From: Zancudomyces culisetae HAW-14-8
Lineage: Eukaryota > Fungi > Kickxellomycota
Assembly (NCBI GenBank): GCA_052426225.1
Contig: JBNJNM010000010.1
Location: 1,420,059-1,484,058 of the forward strand
Reading direction: 5' to 3'
Length of the DNA: 64,000 nucleotides
In this document: positions 50,201 through 59,172 of the stretch, piece after piece
How the letters are laid out: every line of letters begins with the position of its first letter
How positions within the stretch are numbered: the stretch's first letter is position 1
Notes under the pieces: generated by a model
Told to the model about the DNA's origin: nothing
The model's database searches: none
Seen by the model: the letters and a program-made list of their open reading frames with translations, nothing else
Made by a program: the position numbers and the translations under genes

Positions 50201-52012
50201 TTTTGCTTCTTCTGTAATGTATTTCTCTCCTGATACACTAACAATATTTCTATTTCCTTGTTCTAAGGGTCCAATTTTTAATTCTTCCGCTAACTGTTTA
50301 CTCATTACGTTAACAGCTGCACCACTATCGCACTGAAATTTTACTTCATGTCCGTTTATTTTAACTGGCCCTACCATCGCTATAGCATGGTCCTCTTGAT
50401 TATTTTTTTCTTGGTTTAAATTTTTTGATTTTTTTGAATTTTCAATTTTTTTGGTTTCGATATCTTTATCTAATATAGTAACTAAATTAACTCCAGTATA
50501 TGGAGGTTGCTTATGAGTTTTTTTTGGAGCGGGTGAAGCGGTAGTCATTCTGACTTCAGGTATTTGTCTCGGTAATCTGCAACTAGTTGCATAATGCCCT
50601 CTCTGTTTACAGTTCCAGCAAACTATATCTCTGTTAATTTTAGCATTAAAATTTTTCTGGTGACCTTGGAATCTTCTTGGCTTGCTTTGGTATGAACTTT
50701 CTTCATTATCCTTCAACTCTGGGATTCCTAATTCCTTTTTGTAGTTTTTCACAAAGTTGCTAGGTTCTCTAGCAACACGATTTGGTCTTAAGGTATTCAA
50801 TTGCTTCTCTGCGGGTCTTCGCATTGCATTTATTTTCAACTGTTCGTTTTCTCTTGTACTCAGCATATCAATGATATCTGATAGTTCAAAATCTTTTTTC
50901 ATAGATATAAACTGGCGGTCCATTGAATTCAACATATAGTATGCCTTATTTTTCATTTCTCTCTTGCTTCTGATATCTAATATTTCAAATAGAGTCATCA
51001 GTTCTCCAAAACTTTCCACTGTATCCTTTGCGTACAAGTTGTAATTATTCAATCTCATTTCAGCTTTGTATACCCGTTCACTGTTATTGAAATATAATAA
51101 AAAGTGTTTGCAAAATTTTGCATAATCAGTATGTATTCTTCTTAAATAGTTAAATTTCTTTTTAGCTCCGGGTCCTATAAAAATCTCCATAACATTTAAT
51201 AAATCCTCTGTGGTTACCCCTGTAGCGTATGCTTCAATGTGTCGATTAAACTGATTCAAAAATCTTTGTGGTGTGTCATCTGAATCGTTATTAAATTCCA
51301 CTGGTTTTGGAAACATAATTTTTGATCGCTCCTCTATTCTCTCCTCTGTTAGTCCTGAGTTTATACGATCAATTCTTCTTTGTAACTCTTCTTTATCAGA
51401 TGATACTCCTAATAAGGTTGCTCCCAAGAAAGGGTTATCATTTGATACTGGAGGTAATTTTTGGCTGGTGCTAGCTTCGCTGTGGATGTTATGATCATCT
51501 ACATCCTCTTCACCTTGAAGAACTTCAAAACTTTCCTTCGGGGTTTGAAAAGTTTCTCTAGCCACAAAATTTGGTATTACTCCTCCAAACATTGAATTCC
51601 ACGACTTGATACTGCAGCTGCTACTTGTAGGGCTGATCTTCTGCACTTGCTCTTGGCAGCCTTTCTCCTCATATGTTTCGGTCTTCTGATATTGCATGAA
51701 CTTTGATACTGGGTTTAAAGTTCTCAGAGTGGGCGCACTCTGTTCTCTCGGTTCCATCTTTGGATGATCAACAAAATTGACCATCCTGTCGCTGACGCCA
51801 TGTCGGGTGAGGTTGGGTGCAGCCTCATCCTTTGTCGGGTTTTTCAATTGTAAAAAAACATGATCCATAATATCAGCAAATGGGTCACGTGATTCTTTGG
51901 GATCCACTTCCATAGAAGTGGCTCCCGAACGGTCACTATCAGATGAGTATCTGCCCTCATCTTTTTCTGACTGGATCCATCTGGGTCTAAATTTACTCAT
52001 GAAACCTGACAT
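47282..52012 (-). CDS. Gag-Pol polyprotein, single uninterrupted ORF (1576 aa)
   Basis: Zn knuckle CWNCKQRGHYATSC; protease CDSGA; RT LPFGLTNAP/YIDD; RNase H TDAS...EGLAIV...TDH; integrase HHCC, GIDVAGP, TDRG, NGQTER; GPY motif. Confidence 0.96.
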   Translation of the reverse strand: MSGFMSKFRPRWIQSEKDEGRYSSDSDRSGATSMEVDPKESRDPFADIMDHVFLQLKNPTKDEAAPNLTRHGVSDRMVNFVDHPKMEPREQSAPTLRTLNPVSKFMQYQKTETYEEKGCQEQVQKISPTSSSCSIKSWNSMFGGVIPNFVARETFQTPKESFEVLQGEEDVDDHNIHSEASTSQKLPPVSNDNPFLGATLLGVSSDKEELQRRIDRINSGLTEERIEERSKIMFPKPVEFNNDSDDTPQRFLNQFNRHIEAYATGVTTEDLLNVMEIFIGPGAKKKFNYLRRIHTDYAKFCKHFLLYFNNSERVYKAEMRLNNYNLYAKDTVESFGELMTLFEILDIRSKREMKNKAYYMLNSMDRQFISMKKDFELSDIIDMLSTRENEQLKINAMRRPAEKQLNTLRPNRVAREPSNFVKNYKKELGIPELKDNEESSYQSKPRRFQGHQKNFNAKINRDIVCWNCKQRGHYATSCRLPRQIPEVRMTTASPAPKKTHKQPPYTGVNLVTILDKDIETKKIENSKKSKNLNQEKNNQEDHAIAMVGPVKINGHEVKFQCDSGAAVNVMSKQLAEELKIGPLEQGNRNIVSVSGEKYITEEAKAVVLEFNTFKCTTDFRIINQGRKDLLLLGLNLMTQLSTNIKMSPPSMSVKINNQEHYVPIQMVYSKKSESNVMLTETEKDTMINEKLNSSQRNKLELIVNENQDMFAEKLEELYAADVEPEKIELLEPHPIRQKPYKLAHQLQKEVLTQLKEMEEQKVIIKSKSPYSSPMVVVNKKDGGKRICVDFRKINQITKTDSYPLPHMDEILSRLKGAVYFTSLDALSGYWQVPLDEASQEITAFSPGPGLGLYQFTVLPFGLTNAPALFQRMMEKVLEQLLWKFVMVYIDDIIIYSHTWEEHIDHIQEVLKCLHEAKIKLNSKKSRLGYKELKYLGHVISADGLKPDPDKINAVQKLQPPTDKHGIRSFLGTVGYYRKFIQGFSTIAAPISGLLKKDVKFNWDIKCSEAFEVLKEKLINEPILRYPQWDQPFTLITDASTVGLGAILAQGKEGKDQVIAYASRTLAPAEQNYAITHLEGLAIVWAIDQFHYFLYGKKFTVITDHQALVNLFKNTPGKGRLGRWVTKLRHYDFEVIHRDGLKNPADHLSRFPWDEKIAIQEEEVLYISDERYEKLKGKITRQENKVKDKYSLNNDIIFKKDGDKWKEFPKPSGIEELIKRIHQEQHRGLEGTRSYLKDNYYAPNTGKLIKKIIRNCERCQRSNYIERKSEPLHSIKATRPFQIWGIDVAGPLEVTEAGNKYIYVAVDYFTKWPIAIPTVKADGNTTCAVIAEEIVSKYGVPEKLITDRGTHFTNEKCSLFNQFLGINHNHIVAYRPQANGQTERTIQTLKQLLRKYVLSKPKTWDIYIWRALLSMRTSYHRSLGRSPAEILYGQRLLTPAIWEHRMNINNLVNNITQYGVFINKLQGYRKRAFEIGNKIKLQDENRYNKNIRQREFVLGEKVLRSNKDIQGIFDERNTGPYRITKILKHGIFEISDSDGNLDTVHVDRLVKYMQPRKEITKIRKARSRSTIRSIASQ
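51783..51800 (-). other. Primer binding site, probably for a tRNA-Ser
   Basis: TGGCGTCAGCGACAGGAT directly follows the 5' LTR and is complementary to ...ATCCTGTCGCTGACG-CCA. The G discriminator and GACG end are typical of tRNA-Ser. Confidence 0.75.
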
Positions 52013-52546
52013 TCTTTATGTGAGATTTTAATAGCTTCTAATATGTCAAAACTTAATATTCATTAACTAGCCGTAGCACTATTCCTAATAAACTTCTTAA
52101 TTATCCTAAACCTGGATTTTAATTCTGAATTGATATTTATTTATCTTACTTTCCTTTTTCTTATTAAAACTATCAAAAGAGCTGAGGAATCCTCATCGAG
52201 TCTTCCTTCGCTTATATATATACTATTTTATTTAACCTAATAAAAGCTAATTCAAATAACCTATGTTTCTATTGTATATACTGAGTTGTATCGTGTGTTA
52301 TCGTTGTTACTTCGTTTTCGTTTTCATATTGTTCCTATATTTGAATGTTGATTTCCTATAATCTTTTTAATTGTATTTTTCGTTTTATAATTTTTTTTGT
52401 GTTATTATATATATTTTCAAAAAAAATAATTATCATAGTATTTTCAGTGATCAACTTTTAATAGAATGTTAGTTGATTGTTTATGTAGTAAATTAAATAA
52501 TTGTTAGAAAATGTGAATTCCGATCGACATCGGAATACACACGACA
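51801..52546 (-). repeat. 5' LTR (contains the gag start codon at 52012)
   Basis: Direct repeat of 46506-47251. Confidence 0.95.
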
Positions 52547-53242
52547 CTACATAATTATCACAAAATATTAGTAAATTAATTATTATACGTAAATTAAGAA
52601 ATAAAATACTAATTATCCACTGAGTGTTATCAATATAATTCACTATTGACTGCAGTTCAGAATTAACAAATTAGCATGCTAAGTATTACAGATTATTAAA
52701 GTCTCTCGTTGGTAGTCATAATCTGCTATGAATCGAGTTTATTTGTAGCAAACAGGGTGTAACCGTTAATTACACTATCAATTTAAAATTCGATGACAAA
52801 TATATGATCTGTAAAAAAATTCAATAAAAAATACTCATGTTATATAATAATTTATAACCTTTTTGTTAGATAATCAATTATAATTCAGAATAGATTAACG
52901 CTACCAATCAAAGGAAACGGGAGCTATAATTAATATAATCTTTGTTAGTATAATGAATGGCAGAGCGATAAGTACAAAAAAATAATTATTGATATTTTAA
53001 CGATATACTTCACATTACGTATTTTAATGAATTGTGAGTAGTTACAATACTTATTAATTATCGTGTCCACTTTGCGTTTAGAACAAATAATAAAAATAAT
53101 AAAAGTAGTTTTAATAATCAAGAAAAATATACAGAACTAGTATAGAAATGCAAGCCACGAAAAGATGACAAATCCAGTGCTAAGCTATGCTAAAAAAATT
53201 ACCTCTGAACAAAATATCAATAATTATATGAACATCTTGTAT

Positions 53243-53608
53243 TATAACCAATACATTCTTTTTGTAGTGAATCAATTCGATTCCTTAGTAGAATATAACT
53301 ACCAATGAGAGCAAGCGTGATAAATAGTAAAAACGATCTAAGATAGTAAAGTGAATAACAAAGCGAATATAACGAGAGCGGACAACGAAAACAGTTTTTT
53401 TTTCTTTTCTTAACAGTTAATACTTTACATATACGTCTTTAATTCTTATTAATAGCAAATAGCACTTGATATTGATATAGTTTACTTGTTGTTTTATTAT
53501 TATTATAACAATAATAAAAGATATTAAAACATTCCTATTACAGCAATGAGAACCATTGAAGTGATCCGAGACCTGAGTATAACCGACATTACCAGTGTTA
53601 AACTATAC
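53243..53608 (-). repeat. Outer repeat, right main copy; degenerate tandem copy at ~52890-53235
   Basis: Inverted match to 37391-37751. Tandem copy shown by ccagtgctaagctatgctaaaaaaattacctctgaacaaaatatcaat (~53174) vs ccagtgttaaactatactaaaaaattaccattgaacaaaatatcaat (~53592), and ctaccaatcaaaggaaacggga vs ctaccaatgagagcaagcgtga. Confidence 0.85.
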
Positions 53609-53679
53609 TAAAAAATTACCATTGAACAAAATATCAATTAACTTTTAAATATCTAAAATAAACAAAAAATGCAAAATAG

Positions 53680-53753
53680 TGATTTCTGCCGGACTCGAAC
53701 CGGCGACCGTCTGTGTGTTAGACAGACGTGATAACCATCTACACCAAGAAATC
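53680..53753 (-). tRNA. tRNA-Val (anticodon AAC)
   Basis: GATTTCT acceptor stem, TGGTGTAGATGGTTATCAC, anticodon loop CT-AAC-AC in a TCTGT/ACAGA stem, GGTTCGAGTCC. Confidence 0.95.
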
Positions 53754-56700
53754 ACATTTTTTAAACAACTTTTATTATTATATATTATTAACCCTTTAGG
53801 TATTAGTTTTTCACCATTAGGTTTTCTAGTTTATAAAGAATTGAATACAAAGTGAATAAAAAACTATCATTATGACAAAAAACTAAACGGAGAATAAATT
53901 TATTAATCTGATATTGTACAACTGAGTAGAGCTATTAAGTAGAAATCAACTACATTGTCGACGCATATATAATCCGCACGACAATTTTTTGTTTATTTAT
54001 TTTACAACTTTAATATTTTACTACATATTTTATACAATTTAGGGATTTACCATAACAATCGTTGAACAATCTACAGATTCGCTTCGTCTATTGTTTATTA
54101 TATTGTTTAATTTAGTATAATAAGCTAGTTTTTATTATTTTTTTTACTTTTTATAGCGAAAGGGAAAATGGTATATAAAAACACCAATTTCCAAAATAAG
54201 GAAAAGTTGTACTTTTCCGACCTTCTAATCCACAAAAAATAAAATATTTTATAATACTAAAAATAACTAAGAATTTATGTAGTTGATTTTTTAAGTATGA
54301 CAAGCTTTGTCGTGTAGTGAAAATACTTGAGGTCCTACTTGGTAACTTTCGCTCAAAGTACTATGCGGGATGGGCTATCTTCTATTAACTATAACATATT
54401 ATAATATATTTTCTAACTTAAAAGTATCTTTATTTACAACAATCATAGTTATCAACTTGATAAGATCACTTTAAATATTTAACTTGTAGTTGATTTAGTA
54501 TATTCACTTAGCTTAATTATAGAGCATCAGTATTTTATCACTTAAACTTTACTCCTAATGAACATTAAATAATTCTCATATTTTTTGAATCAATCTGGCG
54601 TTTGATTCAATTTTTTTTATCGATAATATAACAAACAAAGTATATCGATATATTTACTTAATATGAATATGATATTTTGCCTTTAGTATGATCCAAAATT
54701 CACTACTATTGCTCACAATTTTTACTATAAATTTTTTCTATAAATTTTTTCTTTTATTACAATATTAACATTATATTTAAATACATATAATGACGATTTT
54801 GTTGTTATAATTAATAATATGTAATTATCCTTTAAAATCTCTTTAAAAAATAATCAACGATTCTAGTAAATAAAAATCTAATTAAAATATTCATTTTGAC
54901 ACACATTTCTCACGTTTTGTTTGTTCATCGTTTCTATTGCATAAATACAAAACTATGAAAATTTGTCAAGCAAAAGCCTATCAATCATAATTTAAATCTA
55001 ATGTTCATTGTACTTCTAATAACATATCCCCAAACTCCAGTTAGATCATGTGTTCCGATATCCTCAGCTCTCCTTTGTCCCACTTTAGTATGCTGTCAAT
55101 CTCGGGTAAAATATATATAATGTGATATTAGGGTTTCAGGTTATGTTATTGCCAGATTGTAGTGTTCTTATCGACTTTTCATAACATATACTTCTTTATT
55201 AATTCTAAAATACGTTGTAAACGTTTTTCCATTTGTAAACTAATAATAATCTCGATTGTCATTTATTCTCTTGTTATATTTAGTACACATCAAACTTGCG
55301 TTATGAAAAACATAAATTTAATAATTGGGAATCAAATAAATACTGACTAAATTGTTTACGAGATACATGGTTTAATTGGGAGAATTTCTACAATATATTA
55401 TTAATATTTTAGATAGAATTATCTGGTATTAGCTTGGTTATAGCTAATCAAATCTACGTTATAATTAATATTTATTAAAAATACGTACCTAGTAGATATT
55501 TGGCAATGTCTATTCCTCTATACACTTGTAAATTAGATTAGAAATAGTATAAGTCGTTTACATAAACTGAGTGCACTATTTAATAGTTGTGACTTTTCTA
55601 ATATTTACCAAATACTAACCTAATAATATTATCGTCATATTCGTAATCTGGTATTATAACATATTCATGCTTGCAAAAAAGTAAAAGTTAGTGGTTATAG
55701 CAATTATATTGTACTGAGAACATTTTACTATATTTTAGAATTTTATATAATTAAATAGTGCGTTATCTGCCATATTGCTATAATTATAATTCTTGATGTT
55801 TTAATCCACAAATTAAATTACAACTCTATTTAAATAGCCACAAGAATATAATTTAGGACCTGTGCACATTTTAAACAGCACATTGCAATTTATTGAATTA
55901 AAAGGTTAAGGTTGAAAGTTAATAATTGAATTTATATCATATCAACTGTAGATATGTAAAGTCTAGACTATCAGAAATTCTCAATTAATATCAGAACTCT
56001 ATAACATTAATAATTATTTATAGAATATTTAGTTTAAATTGCATTTTATTAATTTTTCTATATACATAGTACTCATAGTTTGTATAATCTCCAATACTCC
56101 GATTGATACGGCAGTCTTGTGAGTAATATAGGTTTGAATTTAATTAACTAGTAATTTTTGTCTATTTGATGATTTTCTATAAACACTTTATAACCAAGCA
56201 TTGTGATTATAGGCAAATGCCAATTACCTAGTCACACTAACTAGAGTATGATGTTATTAACTTTAAGGTATAAAAGTTTTACTGGAAACAATAGTTGCTA
56301 TGTATTTTTTTGTATGTTCATTCATTGTTGATTAGCACCAGTAAAAAAATTGCTAATTAATACCTGAATTTTCAGATATAACCAAAAATGTAGTAAATCA
56401 TACGTTTTTAGACACTATAGCGTCTAGAATGTATAGTTGTTACATTTGTATTTTTCCATAGGGTTGATTCGAGCCAAACCAAATGGCAATGCTAAATACA
56501 GAAAATAGACTTTCAAGAGTCTAGTTGCGATTATCCCACCAATTCCCTGAATATTTTAGCCGCAAGTTGCTAGTGATAATCTCGATTAGGTTGGGCATGC
56601 TGTACTAGTAAATGTTTAAAGATTCTAAATCTGCAAACTCAGCCAATCTAGACTTAATCAGATAAAAAGCGTGGTTTTCTATTAGGCGCTTCCAGCATAG

Positions 56701-57372
56701 TAATGTATATTTGAGTAGTAATAACATTGTGGAAACTAACTGTAATTGTTGTAAGCTAGTATGATCGAAGATTTGAAACAATTTTAATCTTACAAATATA
56801 GAGGTTCATATGAACCTCTATACTAGTTCCTCATAAATAACTATTTAACAATACAGTAAACATAGACCAAGGAAACAATCAAAAATAGTACTACATGCGA
56901 ATGGCCCGACACACAAAATAGTGATTTGACCTAAACTCAACTCAGTTCAGCTTCAATAGACTAGTCTTATTATATTCTTTTATTTATGGTATACAGTTTG
57001 TGAAAATATTTCAAAAAAGTAGGGTGGAATACGATATATACACTTGTATTAAGCGAAGTTACAGAAGCGGTCAAAGCTGGGATCACAAAAATAGTAGTAA
57101 GTTTTGGTAGATAGGGGGAATAAGAGTTGGAGGTGTCGAGTAATAAAAAAACCAGATCCACAAAATTGGATAACTAGACTAGAATTAGAAATTATTTGTG
57201 GTTTAGATAAAATAAAAATCAAGTAAAAATATTGACTGGGTCAGTTCCAAAAGTATTACACTAAGCGTGATTAATACCTTTGGATTTAACTATATGAAAG
57301 ACATGGTTTAGGTTGATGTATTTATCCGAAATCAAAATTTTCTTTCATTTGCTTTGACGACGTTTGAAATTC

Positions 57373-57999
57373 TTATGGGCCTCCTCCACTTCCGCCATCA
57401 CCTCCTCCACTTCCACCATCACCTCCTCCACTTCCACCATCACTTCCACCATCACCTCCACCATCACTTCCACCATCACTTCCACCATCACCTCCTCCAT
57501 CACTTCCGCCATCACCTCCTCCACTTCCACCATCACCTCCTCCACTTCCACCATCACTTCCACCATCACCTCCACCATCACTTCCACCATCACCTCCTCC
57601 ATCACTTCCGCCATCACCTCCTCCACTTCCACCATCACCTCCACCATCACCTCCTCCACCTGTAGTAGTGGTAGTAGTGCTAGTAGTAGTGGTAGTGGTA
57701 GTAGGTTGTGGATTCTCCGTTGTGGTATCTATAGATGTGTACATTTTATATCCAGCTCCACTTCCGTTTGAGTAATTTGCATTGTCATTGTATTGTGACT
57801 GCGAATGCACACCATATCCATTATTTCCGACATCGCGCATTTTGTAATGGTTGTATCCAGCACTACCACGTCTTTTGAGTTGCGCACCAAAGTTGTGAGC
57901 TCCATTTATTTCACCTGGGATGTGCATGCTATTTGCGCAAGCAATATAGAACAATGTGGTTATAACCAACTTTCCGATTGTCAATTTTAATACTGCCAT
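57373..57999 (-). CDS. Secreted glycine-rich repeat protein
   Basis: Signal-peptide-like N-terminus (MAVLKLTIGKLVITTLFYIACANS), dibasic KRR, poly-Thr, then ~95 aa of GGGD/GGSD/GGS repeats. Confidence 0.8.
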   Translation of the reverse strand: MAVLKLTIGKLVITTLFYIACANSMHIPGEINGAHNFGAQLKRRGSAGYNHYKMRDVGNNGYGVHSQSQYNDNANYSNGSGAGYKMYTSIDTTTENPQPTTTTTTTSTTTTTTGGGGDGGGDGGSGGGDGGSDGGGDGGSDGGGDGGSDGGSGGGDGGSGGGDGGSDGGGDGGSDGGSDGGGDGGSDGGSGGGDGGSGGGDGGSGGGP

Positions 58000-59172
58000 C
58001 TTTTGTTATTTCGTTTATTAAGTTTGTTATACAGTTTACACTAGCTTACAAAACAGTTGAGAGCGAGTAAACATGTCAGTGAGAAGCTGAAAGTACGGGT
58101 ATTTATACATATTTTTAGATATTGGCTGAAATACTATATCGGCACTAATAGAGTGATATAACACTATTAGCTTGTACCATTTGTAGCTCTATCCATCTTT
58201 CTCATGGCTATGCTGCGGCTACTCATCATCCATCACAGTATGACACATATTTACAGATACTTGTTTCTCAAACTATCATGTTCAAGAATGTTGGCAGTGC
58301 AATGGGCTGAGGTCTTCAACTGGCGGTACATATGAACATTTATTCATTTTATGACGCTCTAAACAAACTTGTGATTGATGACCATCTGATTCAAAGCTAC
58401 ACAGAAGCAGATATAGTTGTGTGAATCACCGTTATTATGTAATGTGATTTAAAACTTGAAGGTAAATGGCGTTCGGATGTTTAAAATCATGAGAGTCGAG
58501 GTGTGAAGAGCAGATATTACTACTCCATCTTCAGTGGCGTTTCTACGATTGTTTAAATGACTAATTCAGAAGACGTTCGATTCATTATTATTATTCTTAC
58601 TTCTGTTTTTTTAAAAGTTATTAGTTTCCGGTGTTAAATACATGTTGAGCTATATTCACGGTTATTGTAGAAATTAACAGAAAAGCATCAGGTTGCAAAA
58701 TTTGATAAGCCAAGTCTAGGCACGACAGAGCTCAAAATCAACTGTTTTACACAATGTATTCTTGAAACTAGCAAAAGTCAAGCTGCAAATTCCAGTATTC
58801 AATGGTTGTATTATTGCGATAATCCTGGTGAATATTAAACAATGTATCGAGAGGGTTTTTTTCATTTCAATGTTTTTACTATATTCACTTGGGATGTTTG
58901 TTTGATTTTACTACAAGTAATGGAAACTAGTATTCACATTATTGATACCATGGTAATTATTATGCAAAATTGTCATTGACTCCAAAGTATTGGATATCGG
59001 AATATAACGCGGATAAAGTTGTGTATTGTTTAAATGCCTATAAATTGTTTTCTTTTTCGGTAGCATTTATTGAGAAATGTGGTTTTTCCCATCTCATAAA
59101 CTCAAATTTTATATTTTAGCATTTTTATTATAGACTGAATATTGAGAAATTAAAACAAACAAAGCTAGGACT

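Larger units (their letters stand above)
46506..52546 (-). mobile_element. Full-length Ty3/gypsy LTR retrotransposon (6041 bp), 4-bp TSD CTAC
   Basis: Two 746-bp LTRs with TGTCG...CGACA termini; CTAC at 46502-46505 and 52547-52550; PBS, PPT and PR-RT-RH-IN order. Confidence 0.97.

Noticed and set aside
53769-53788. 20-bp match ACTTTTATTATTATATATTA to the inner IR arm
   Set aside because: Low-complexity AT sequence; not reliable evidence of homology by itself.
57345-57771. His-rich, Thr/Ser-rich and Glu/Val/Met-rich ORFs
   Set aside because: Alternative frames of the Gly-repeat minisatellite. Only the 57999-57373 frame has a signal peptide and a non-repetitive N-terminus.
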